Source: Candidatus Nomurabacteria bacterium (GTDB lineage: Bacteria > Patescibacteriota > Saccharimonadia > JAGOAT01). Taken from it: a DNA stretch of 64,000 bases. Both the position numbers and the translations under genes were made by a program. Below the pieces are notes generated by a model. It ran no database searches. It worked only from the letters and a program-made list of their open reading frames with translations, and was not told where the DNA came from. Below, piece after piece: positions 38,677 through 47,140 of this stretch; position 1 is the first letter of the stretch, and each line of letters starts with the position of its first letter. Location of the stretch: assembly GCA_020639315.1 (NCBI GenBank), contig JACKGM010000002.1, positions 222,321 through 286,320 of the forward strand. The letters run 5' to 3'.

Positions 38677-38839
38677 TAACCCTGTTGCCATATAAACTTG
38701 CGAGGTCAAAGCTGATGATTTTTATTCCAGAATACCAAAACACGACAAAGCATAACAGGAGTTACGCTGCGAAGTGTTTTGCTAGTCTGGGGCAAAAATG
38801 GCAGTTTTGAAGCCGTGAGGTTATATGGCAACAGGGTTA
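38677..38839. mobile_element. ~163-bp element with perfect 19-bp terminal inverted repeats (MITE-like), copy 2 of the 125-nt element
   Basis: TAACCCTGTTGCCATATAA (38677-38695) and TTATATGGCAACAGGGTTA (38821-38839). The interior is homologous to 36597-36701. Confidence 0.65.
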
Positions 38840-38840
38840 T

Positions 38841-38993
38841 TGTCATCCTCCGAAACCCGAAGGGTTTACGGGGGATCCAGTATTCGGCATTGCGCATTGT
38901 CATCCTCCGAAGTTCGGAGAACTTACGGGGGATCCAGTATTTCAGTATTTGTCAAATCAAAAATCAAGGGAATTTACAAAAAAAAACCAGTAT
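38841..38993. repeat. Hairpin-unit cluster 2, ftsA-proximal part
   Basis: Class A units (+) at 38841-38883 and 38898-38940, with a degenerate TGTCA...CCAGTAT remnant to ~38993. It ends 2 nt before the ftsA stop codon. Confidence 0.85.
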
Positions 38994-38995
38994 CT

Positions 38996-40216
38996 CTACC
39001 TAATAAGAGACTTAAACAACCCAGAGGCCTTATCGATCAAAGATCCGATTACTGAATTGACCCCGCCCTGATGGTAATCCTCAATCTCTACCCCTCGAAG
39101 CATCACACCGATCCCAGATGACATCGATGGCTCATTTACCTGCTCAACTATCCCAACAATATTCTCTGGTCCAGATATCTTGACTGGTAGTTTCAAACAT
39201 TCGCGGGCTAACTCCTCTATCCCATAAAGCTTTGCCCCACCACCAGTAAGGATTGCCCCTCCAGCAAGCTGGGTATTCATTCTAGCTAACCTGATCTCTT
39301 CAGCGACCAGGCCAAATATTTCCTCTACCCGTGAGCTCACTACATCTATCACTAGCTGTCTTTCTATCCTCCTATCTAGTCCGTAATTGGCTAGATCTAT
39401 CTCACTAGCTGGGTTATTAACAATATCTTTATAGTCTAGCTTGAGCTTCTCGGCAATCTCAAGGTTGACCTGCAGAGCATGGACGAGGTCTCGACTGATA
39501 TTAAGTGAACCAGCTGGGATTACCCTAGTCCAAACCGGTTGACCCTCACTATATATCACCAGCCCAGTCGTCTCAGCACCAAAGTCCAGGACGATTATCC
39601 CTCGCTCTCTTTGTTGTTTATTACTCACCGCTTCAGCACTAGCTAGGATACTAGGCTGATAATCCAGTACTCGTATTTCTAACCTAGACAATACATTATC
39701 AATCTGTCTAATTGTCGGGCTCCCAGCAATTAGTACATGCATACTACTCTCTAGCTTGATACCATTCATCCCTAGTGGGTCAATTATCCCTCCCTGACCA
39801 TCGATCAAGTAAGCTTGGGGTATAATGTCTAATATTTGCTGGTTTGGATTAAGCCTCATTGCTGCCGCTGCTTTATGCAACCTATCAATATCCTCTGCCT
39901 TAATAATCCTATCGTCACTGACGATCGCCACAGTAGCCTCAGTATTAACACTAGTAATCGCTGAACCATTCACCCCAACTACCGCCTGACTAATAGTAAT
40001 CCCAGACATCCTTTCAGCCTCTTCAATTGCTGCACTTAATGCAGAAATAGTTTCTTCAGGATCAACAATCACCCCCTTACGCACTCCAGATACTGGACTA
40101 ACACCCAGACCAATCACGCTAGGCATCGAGGAAATCTCCTGGATCAACCCCACTACACAGCAAACTTTGCTACTGCCAAAATCAATCCCGACTATAATCT
40201 TTTCTTTCTGCTTCAT
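38996..40216 (-). CDS. ftsA: Cell division protein FtsA
   Basis: Actin-fold motifs IVGIDFGSSKV and VLDFGAETTG...GGGAKL. Confidence 0.93.
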   Translation of the reverse strand: MKQKEKIIVGIDFGSSKVCCVVGLIQEISSMPSVIGLGVSPVSGVRKGVIVDPEETISALSAAIEEAERMSGITISQAVVGVNGSAITSVNTEATVAIVSDDRIIKAEDIDRLHKAAAAMRLNPNQQILDIIPQAYLIDGQGGIIDPLGMNGIKLESSMHVLIAGSPTIRQIDNVLSRLEIRVLDYQPSILASAEAVSNKQQRERGIIVLDFGAETTGLVIYSEGQPVWTRVIPAGSLNISRDLVHALQVNLEIAEKLKLDYKDIVNNPASEIDLANYGLDRRIERQLVIDVVSSRVEEIFGLVAEEIRLARMNTQLAGGAILTGGGAKLYGIEELARECLKLPVKISGPENIVGIVEQVNEPSMSSGIGVMLRGVEIEDYHQGGVNSVIGSLIDKASGLFKSLIR

Positions 40217-40265
40217 TGATTATATTATAGCATACCCAAACTCTCCCCTTGCAAGCCTCCCCTAA

Positions 40266-40325
40266 CGGGGTCTGACCCCGAAACTGAACCATTTAACAGA
40301 TATAAAATAACGGGGTCTGACCCCG
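40266..40325. repeat. Palindrome doublet, family 3 (arm CGGGGTCTGACCCCG x2, 30-nt spacer)
   Basis: Arms at 40266-40280 and 40311-40325, centres 45 bp apart. The reverse-complemented spacer shares ATTTTATATCTGTT with the family-1 spacer at the same offset. Confidence 0.9.
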
Positions 40326-40366
40326 AAACTAATTTTTCTAAACAAGATTTACTGCAAGGTATAAGA

Positions 40367-41146
40367 CTAAACCTGGTAAGATCTAGTGATAAATTCACAA
40401 CCGTCTTCTGTTATTAGAATCGTATCTTCATAATGGGCTGACAGTGACTGATCAGCCGTGATATAGGTCCAGCCATCTTTTGCTAGATAATTATCCTTAG
40501 TACCAAGACTAGCAATCGGTTCAATTGCAACTACAGCTCCAGCTGGAAGCTTGACCTCTGGTAAGCTGAGGTCTAGATAGTTTGGAATAGTCGGGTTCTC
40601 ATGCACCTGATAACCCACTCCATGCCCCGTGAGATTCTTAGCCGGATACAGCTTATATTTCCTTAAAATTTTACTTATTTCCAAAGATATCTGGTGGTTG
40701 CTTATGCCTGGCTTCAGAAACTCACTCATCCTTACTAAAGCTGCCCTTGTCCCTGTCATTAGCCTTACGATATCTGAACTCAAATCTTTTTTTGTAGTAT
40801 CGACGACTATCGTAGTCGCCCCATCTACTATCATGCCATTGAAGGCGACTCCTAGATCTAGCTTGAGGATATCACCGGAGTGAACAATTTTATTACCCGG
40901 TATTCCGTGAACTAATTCTTGGTTGACTGATAAGCAAACTGCCCCTTGAAATCCTTGATACCCTAGGAAGGGACAAGTTCCACCGAGATCAGCAATCATT
41001 TCTCGTGCTACCCTATCTATCTTCTTAGTCGTGATACCTGGTTCTGTCAAATCTACTAGTTTTGTTAAAACTTCTTTATGAATCCTGCCGGCTTGTCTTA
41101 ACCACTCTACTTCTTGACTTGACTTGATGAGTCCTCTACGCGCCAT
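40367..41146 (-). CDS. map: Methionine aminopeptidase type I
   Basis: VCLSVNQELVHGIPG, DLGVAFNGMIVD, HGVGYQVHE, AIEP...YED metal ligand pattern. Start trimmed to MARRGLIKS. Confidence 0.9.
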   Translation of the reverse strand: MARRGLIKSSQEVEWLRQAGRIHKEVLTKLVDLTEPGITTKKIDRVAREMIADLGGTCPFLGYQGFQGAVCLSVNQELVHGIPGNKIVHSGDILKLDLGVAFNGMIVDGATTIVVDTTKKDLSSDIVRLMTGTRAALVRMSEFLKPGISNHQISLEISKILRKYKLYPAKNLTGHGVGYQVHENPTIPNYLDLSLPEVKLPAGAVVAIEPIASLGTKDNYLAKDGWTYITADQSLSAHYEDTILITEDGCEFITRSYQV

Positions 41147-41726
41147 CAATATGACCTTGCTCCCTAAGATAGAGAGTAATATCTTGATAAATATCTGTAA
41201 TCGAACGCTCTCCATTGATGATCAAGATATCCGCATCGACTTCAGTCTGAGCCTTATTTACAACATCCCTAGTAACCTCATGATAGAGCTTCAAGCGATA
41301 TTCTACAACTTCTCTTTTATCATCTGATCTACCGCGATTCTGATCTACTAAACGATTAATGACTTCTGAGTCACTGACCTCCAGGAGGATTATTGCCAAG
41401 TCTACTCGCGATTCCAAGTCTCCAAGCAACTTCAGAAGTAAACTAAACTGTTCTATTGTCCTGGGATAACCGTTGTAGATAATGCTCTTATTGCTGGTAT
41501 TACGGATTTTATCTTCTGCTAATTTATTTGCTAGGTCAGCTGTTTTATGGAGATTTCCTGTATCTAAGGTTTTGGCAAGCTCAGAGTCACTTTTAGCAAG
41601 CACCCGAAGCATTTTACCGGTAGATAGCTCTATCAACTCTGGGTTAGCTTCAAGAAGCAAACCAACCTGTGTATCCTTACCAGACCCAGGTGGTCCAAAG
41701 ATGATTATATGTCTATTGTTGCTCAC
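41136..41726 (-). CDS. adk: Adenylate kinase
   Basis: P-loop GPPGSGKDTQ and NGYPRT motif. Confidence 0.9.
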   Translation of the reverse strand: MSNNRHIIIFGPPGSGKDTQVGLLLEANPELIELSTGKMLRVLAKSDSELAKTLDTGNLHKTADLANKLAEDKIRNTSNKSIIYNGYPRTIEQFSLLLKLLGDLESRVDLAIILLEVSDSEVINRLVDQNRGRSDDKREVVEYRLKLYHEVTRDVVNKAQTEVDADILIINGERSITDIYQDITLYLREQGHIDGA

Positions 41727-42231
41727 TTTCCTCCTTGTCTTTAAAAAATTTTCTCGTATTTAGTCCCAAAAATCCCATGTACTGATCTTGGACTAGACTC
41801 ATTTTTTGCTCAGAGTCTCTATCCTGATGATCGTATCCCATCAAATGTAACAATCCGTGTACCATCAAGAGGTGCAATTCAGCATTAAGCCCCAGTCCGT
41901 ATTGGCTGGCTTGACTTTCTAGGATTGGCAAGCAAATCATAATATCCCCTAAATAAATCTCCTCTAGTTCTTCTTTGGCAAATCGATCAACCCAATCCAG
42001 ATCTTCCTGATAAGCAAAAGATAAGACATCAGTAGGATAATCATTCCCACTATATCGTTGGTTGTAATCTTTCGAGGTACTAGAATCTACTACCCTGAGA
42101 CCGACCCTAATTGTAATACTAGGATCAGCAGACTCAAATAGCTTGGGTAGCTCCAGCTGAATCAAGTTTGCTTCAAGAGTAGGGATATCTAACTCTGTAT
42201 CTAGCTCTTGAAAATAATCTATCTTAAGCAC
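41713..42231 (-). CDS. ybeY: rRNA maturation endoribonuclease YbeY
   Basis: HGLLHLMGYDH metal-binding motif. Confidence 0.9.
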   Translation of the reverse strand: MLKIDYFQELDTELDIPTLEANLIQLELPKLFESADPSITIRVGLRVVDSSTSKDYNQRYSGNDYPTDVLSFAYQEDLDWVDRFAKEELEEIYLGDIMICLPILESQASQYGLGLNAELHLLMVHGLLHLMGYDHQDRDSEQKMSLVQDQYMGFLGLNTRKFFKDKEESEQQ

Positions 42232-42235
42232 AAGC

Positions 42236-42700
42236 CTAACTAAGCCTAGATCGCACTACTGCACTAACCTCAGCCCCATTGGCCCTACCTCCGACTTCTG
42301 TCATCACCTTTGCCATTACCTGACCTAGCTCCTTCTGGGTAAACGAGGCAAATTGACCAATAACTCTATCCACCACTTGCTCCAGCTCATCTCTCCCCAT
42401 TTGATCAGGCAGGTAAGCCTCAATAATCCCTAATTCTTGTCTCTCTTGATCTGCTTGATCATCACGGTTTGCTTTCTGGTACAAGGAGATAGCATCCAGT
42501 CTTTTTTTTGCTTCTTTTCTTAATACCTTTATCTGATCTTGGCTAGACAAATCACCAGCATCAATCTGATAATATTTCATAGCCGAATCAAGCATCCTCA
42601 AAACAGACACCTTAATCTCATCCCTTGCCTTCATCGCCACCACTAGATCAGCTTTGATCTTAGCCAGCAAATCATTATCCTGGACGGGATTATTGCTCAT
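42236..42700 (-). CDS. yqeY: GatB/YqeY domain protein
   Basis: Typical ~150-aa YqeY pattern (DLVVAMKARD..., EIIEAYLP). Confidence 0.8.
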   Translation of the reverse strand: MSNNPVQDNDLLAKIKADLVVAMKARDEIKVSVLRMLDSAMKYYQIDAGDLSSQDQIKVLRKEAKKRLDAISLYQKANRDDQADQERQELGIIEAYLPDQMGRDELEQVVDRVIGQFASFTQKELGQVMAKVMTEVGGRANGAEVSAVVRSRLS

Positions 42701-42709
42701 TCTTACCTT

Positions 42710-42940
42710 TTATTTAATAGGAACTCGACTATTGAGACCAAGAATCGATTCTGACTTGCGCCTACGACCATTCTCTCTGATAATCGCTGCCTTACGCCTG
42801 GCAGACTTAGAGATCTGTTTTTCATAAAAACGTCTAGATTTGACATTTGCCATCAAGCCAGACTGTAATACTCTACGATTGAACCTTCTGAGTATAAACT
42901 CAACTGGTTCCTTGGGGTTTTTCCTTGTAACTTTAATCAT
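42710..42940 (-). CDS. rpsU: 30S ribosomal protein S21
   Basis: Small basic protein with FILRRFNRRV...RRFYEK...ARRK. Confidence 0.88.
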   Translation of the reverse strand: MIKVTRKNPKEPVEFILRRFNRRVLQSGLMANVKSRRFYEKQISKSARRKAAIIRENGRRRKSESILGLNSRVPIK

Positions 42941-43136
42941 ACCTTATCTATTATACCCGTTTAAAATAAAACTACAACCCTCACCTGACCCACCCTCACT
43001 CCTTAGACTCCCCCTTAGACTTGACTTGAGCTATAGCCCAGTAAGTAGGCATAGTGACTTGACATCCCCAATAATCCGAGTATAATAGGTTAAGTCACTT
43101 TGAGGTGGCAAGTTCATTAAATCTAGGAGCAATTAT

Positions 43137-43781
43137 TTGCTAAATATCATTATATCTTTAGCAGTATTGTTAAGTTCAGTACCGATAAACCTCAAAAACG
43201 AAACTAAAAAAATCGACAATAACCCAATAATAGATAATTACGAACTCAGGATTGACCTTCCTGATTTGGAATTAGTCCACAAAAACACTGATTTTTATAA
43301 TCAGGTTATTGTCCCGTATCAAGAAGAGCAAGCTAAAAAGGCCGAGGAAGCCAGAATCAAAGCTGAAAAAGAAGCTAAACTGAAAGCTGAAGCTGAAGCC
43401 GAAGCGGCTAGACAAGCAGAAGCTGAAGCGGCTCGCATTGCGGCCGAAGCTGAAGCAGCTAGACAAGCAGCCCAGATAGTTGCCCAGCCAGCTGTACCGG
43501 TCGGTGATCCTCAAGTATTAGCCAAGCAGATGTCTGACGCAATGTTTGGTGAAGGCCATTGGTTTGCACTTCAAGCACTGGTGGCCCGAGAAAGTGGCTG
43601 GAATCAATATGCTTCCAATCCCTATTCAGGTGCTTGTGGTCTGTTCCAAGCTTTACCTTGTTCCAAAATGGGGGGGATGGAGCTAGTCAATCAGCTCAAC
43701 TGGGGACTCAACTACATAGCTTCTAGGTATGGTAATCCAAGCAATGCCTTGGCTTTCCATAATGCCTACGGCTGGTATTAG
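43137..43781 (+). CDS. Secreted lysozyme-like / lytic transglycosylase-like protein with A/E/K-rich coiled coil
   Basis: Signal-like N-terminus, (EAEAARQA) repeats, C-terminal ARESGWNQYASNPYSGACGLFQALP. Confidence 0.55.
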   Translation: MLNIIISLAVLLSSVPINLKNETKKIDNNPIIDNYELRIDLPDLELVHKNTDFYNQVIVPYQEEQAKKAEEARIKAEKEAKLKAEAEAEAARQAEAEAARIAAEAEAARQAAQIVAQPAVPVGDPQVLAKQMSDAMFGEGHWFALQALVARESGWNQYASNPYSGACGLFQALPCSKMGGMELVNQLNWGLNYIASRYGNPSNALAFHNAYGWY

Positions 43782-43807
43782 TAGTCCCTATAAGCTAAAA
43801 TATAGCT

Positions 43808-44215
43808 ATGTTTAGTAAGCCTAATAGCTACTACCGCTACCACCCTGACTCAGACCAAGAAGCAGATTACTTTCGAGATATCCGCTTGAATAATCTCGAT
43901 CGGTTATTTGATCTAGCCAAGCAAATTGCTCAGAATAATCAGTCCCTAGCTACCATAGATGATACAATAGAGACTGACCCTGAGCAGATTGCCAATCAAT
44001 TCTTGGTCGATATTGCCAAACTGACACAAGAATTCGCCGATGATCCCGATAGTATTGACCTTCCCACCAGACAAGAACTCTCGTCAGACCCGATCTTGAT
44101 TCTTGAAGTCTTACTAAAAAGCCCCAGAAGGATTGACCTATTTTCAGACCAGATTCAGTCCAATCCAGAGCTTGCCTTCGCTCTCAAATCTGATCCTAGA
44201 ATCAAATCAGATTAA
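43808..44215 (+). CDS. Hypothetical acidic protein
   Basis: 135-aa ORF; no motif recognised. Confidence 0.4.
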   Translation: MFSKPNSYYRYHPDSDQEADYFRDIRLNNLDRLFDLAKQIAQNNQSLATIDDTIETDPEQIANQFLVDIAKLTQEFADDPDSIDLPTRQELSSDPILILEVLLKSPRRIDLFSDQIQSNPELAFALKSDPRIKSD

Positions 44216-45914
44216 AGTCCAAGATTCTCAAATCAAGCGTTACTCGACCATTGAATCTATTTTCTTGCATCTGATATACTACCAGATAATCCCTGAGTGG
44301 GATTAAACTAGACTGAGTATCATTAAAAGCAATCGCCTTAAACACTTTTTTCTCAATCGGGTCAGTCCAGACCGTCTGAGAGTGTTGCTTGTTATTACCG
44401 ACCAATCTTTGACTGGCAAGTCTTAACCTTGTGACAAACTTTGGCTCAGAGTTTTTAGCCCCAAAAGGGGCTAAGGCCCGAAGCGAGTGGTAATTCTCCA
44501 GGCTCAACTGGTGAGCTGGGATTTCCAGATCAATTACTAGCTTTGAGACCAAATCTTGAGAGTAATCTTGAGCGTACAGGTTAATCTCATTTCTAAATTC
44601 TGCTAGATACTGCGAGCTAAGACTAAGTCCAGCCGCAAAAGCATGACCACCCTTCCTCGGCAAAGCGTCTATCCCTTTCTCCTTGAGTCTAGAATCCACC
44701 TCTCTAATCGCTTCAATGATATTAAAATTACCAACACTTCGGGCTGACCCGACCATCAACTCCCCTGATTGCTCAAGAATCAGACTAGGCTTACCAAGCT
44801 CTTCACTAACCCTACTCGCTACAATCCCGACTACAGACTTAGACCACCCAGGATCTGCTACTACAATCACCGAGTCATCGGGATACTGCATTGCCCGAGC
44901 TAATGCCTGGTCAAATATGGTGTCACAAAGACCTCTCCTTTGGTAATTCAAATTATTCAGCTCGGTTGCAATCTGTTCAGCCTGATCAATGGTATTTGAC
45001 TCAATTAGCTTAAGGCTCAAGTCTGCATGTTCCAGCCTGCCTGCAGCATTAATTCTTGGCCCAAGACCAAAGCCAATCATTGCTTCATCAATCTGCCCAA
45101 GCTCCTGACTATCTCCTATACTTGATTTGGATACCAAAGCCTTCAAGCCTAATCTCCGAGTCTTGTTTAATACCCTCAATCCATACTGGACTAAGATTCG
45201 ATTTTGATCGACCAAAGGTACGATATCACAAACCGTCCCAATCGCTACCAGATCAAGATACCACTTCTCTATCCCCGGCTTCCAGCCCAATTGCTTGGAT
45301 TCTGGTCTTAGATACCAGTCTTGATCATAAATTAGAGCTAAACCGAGCAGATAGGCAACCCCTACACCTGCCAGATACTGAAAATGATAATCACTCTTGA
45401 TCAAAGGATCAATCACCGCGATCGCCTGATCTGGAAGTCTATCCGGCAAGGCGTGATGATCAGTGATAATAAAATCAATCTGGCTCGAATACTTCCTAAC
45501 CTCCGCCTCAGCCGTAATCCCACAATCAACCGAGATCAAAAGCTGATTGTCTGACTCGATCAGTCCCTCGATTGCTTCCGAGTTAAGGCCATACCCCTCC
45601 TGGTGTCTATCGGGTATATAGCTTGAGACATCTGCCCCCAAATCCCTTAATAAGCCCGTTAATACTGCTGTAGCAGTGACACCATCGACATCATAATCTC
45701 CATACACCACGATCTTTTGATCTCGCTTGATTGCCTGCCATATCCTCAAGACTGCCTTATTCATACCTGACAAAAAATTTGGATTGACCAAATCCTGGTA
45801 GCTCGGGTCCAAGTCAGTATCCTCATAACCCCTTTGCTCTAATATCTGACCAAGCAAGGACTTACCCTCAAGGTACTGCCCGATAAGTTGCCAGCTATCC
45901 TTAAACCCCTCCAA
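44202..45914 (-). CDS. recJ: Single-stranded-DNA-specific exonuclease RecJ
   Basis: DHH family motifs DYDVDGVTA and ITDHH; DHHA1-type GGHAFAAG. Confidence 0.92.
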   Translation of the reverse strand: MEGFKDSWQLIGQYLEGKSLLGQILEQRGYEDTDLDPSYQDLVNPNFLSGMNKAVLRIWQAIKRDQKIVVYGDYDVDGVTATAVLTGLLRDLGADVSSYIPDRHQEGYGLNSEAIEGLIESDNQLLISVDCGITAEAEVRKYSSQIDFIITDHHALPDRLPDQAIAVIDPLIKSDYHFQYLAGVGVAYLLGLALIYDQDWYLRPESKQLGWKPGIEKWYLDLVAIGTVCDIVPLVDQNRILVQYGLRVLNKTRRLGLKALVSKSSIGDSQELGQIDEAMIGFGLGPRINAAGRLEHADLSLKLIESNTIDQAEQIATELNNLNYQRRGLCDTIFDQALARAMQYPDDSVIVVADPGWSKSVVGIVASRVSEELGKPSLILEQSGELMVGSARSVGNFNIIEAIREVDSRLKEKGIDALPRKGGHAFAAGLSLSSQYLAEFRNEINLYAQDYSQDLVSKLVIDLEIPAHQLSLENYHSLRALAPFGAKNSEPKFVTRLRLASQRLVGNNKQHSQTVWTDPIEKKVFKAIAFNDTQSSLIPLRDYLVVYQMQENRFNGRVTLDLRILDFNLI

Positions 45915-45927
45915 GACCAGCCCCTGA

Positions 45928-46215
45928 TTAGGCCAATCTTTGGCTTCTGGATACTGCGTCGAGCTTCAAGACCAAGCTTTGCAATTCTCGAAAAGCAGGA
46001 AATTTTTTATCAGCCGTATAGACTTTGGTATTCTTACGATCTTTGGACTTAAGATAGCCGATTTCACTTAGCTTAATTAGTTCTCTTTGAACATTACCCG
46101 GATCTTCATGAATAGTTTTGGCAATCCCCCTGACATGCATTTCATAATCTGGATGCTTAGAAAACAAAGTGACTAACTTTCTCCTGGTCTTAGAGGTGAT
46201 AAAATAATTTAGCAT
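45928..46215 (-). CDS. Winged-helix transcriptional regulator (ArsR/MarR-like)
   Basis: 95 aa; HVRGIAKTIHEDPGNVQRELIKLSEIGYL HTH-wing pattern. Confidence 0.55.
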   Translation of the reverse strand: MLNYFITSKTRRKLVTLFSKHPDYEMHVRGIAKTIHEDPGNVQRELIKLSEIGYLKSKDRKNTKVYTADKKFPAFRELQSLVLKLDAVSRSQRLA

Positions 46216-46258
46216 AATATAAACATTTTACAACGATATCCAAATAAACTCAAGCGGA

Positions 46259-47140
46259 TTATTTGATTCTATTTTGCTTAAACTTCTGCCAAGTCACTAG
46301 TAGAGGCGAAGCAATAAAGATCGAAGAATAAGTCCCAGCAGTAATCCCGATAAGTAGTGCCAAAACAAAGTTTTTGATCGAATCCCCGCCAAATATCCAG
46401 AGGGCAGCCAAAGTGATTAGAACTGTTACTGAAGTATTCATCGATCTTGCCATCGTCTCTACTACACTAGTGTTAACAGCAGTCGGATAATCGGCCTCGA
46501 GCTTACCAAGATTCTCTCTGACCCGATCAAATACCACGATAGTATCATGGACAGAAAACCCAATCACAGTTAGAACTGCTGTGATAAACAGACTATCCAC
46601 TTCAATCCCAAAAAAGTAGCCAAAGACACTAAAACTACCAAATAAGATCAAGGCATCATGAAGCATTGCAATCACTGCAATGACTCCAAAGCTCAAGGGG
46701 TCTACCTCACTTGGTAGATTCCTGAAGGCAAAAGCAATATAGAGCATAATCGCAATCGAAGCAATCACTAGAGCCTTGACTGCATTGATAGTAATCTCAG
46801 AGCTAATCGAAGGACCAATCGAATTGTAACTTTCTTCCTTGCCTCCATCAGCTTCCAGTTCAGTTTTTAGACTTTCACGAACTTCTTCTGGATTGTCTTG
46901 AGCATCATAGCGAATTAAGAGATTTGATTCTCCGCTCGTCGTCACCACATAGCTACCCAAATCCTTTTGATTAGCAATCTCCTCAAGCCTTTCTTGGCTG
47001 ACCCCCGATACTTCCAGCTCTTGTCCGCCCTTGAAATCTAGACCTAGCTTCAAACCATGGGTCAGAATAAAAATCGTCATCGGTACTATCAAAATTAGGG
47101 AAATTATATACCAAAGTTTCCTCTTACCAATTATATTCAT
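46259..47140 (-). CDS. secF: Protein translocase subunit SecF
   Basis: 6-TM SecF pattern, GFSVHDTIVVFDRVRE. Confidence 0.92.
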   Translation of the reverse strand: MNIIGKRKLWYIISLILIVPMTIFILTHGLKLGLDFKGGQELEVSGVSQERLEEIANQKDLGSYVVTTSGESNLLIRYDAQDNPEEVRESLKTELEADGGKEESYNSIGPSISSEITINAVKALVIASIAIMLYIAFAFRNLPSEVDPLSFGVIAVIAMLHDALILFGSFSVFGYFFGIEVDSLFITAVLTVIGFSVHDTIVVFDRVRENLGKLEADYPTAVNTSVVETMARSMNTSVTVLITLAALWIFGGDSIKNFVLALLIGITAGTYSSIFIASPLLVTWQKFKQNRIK

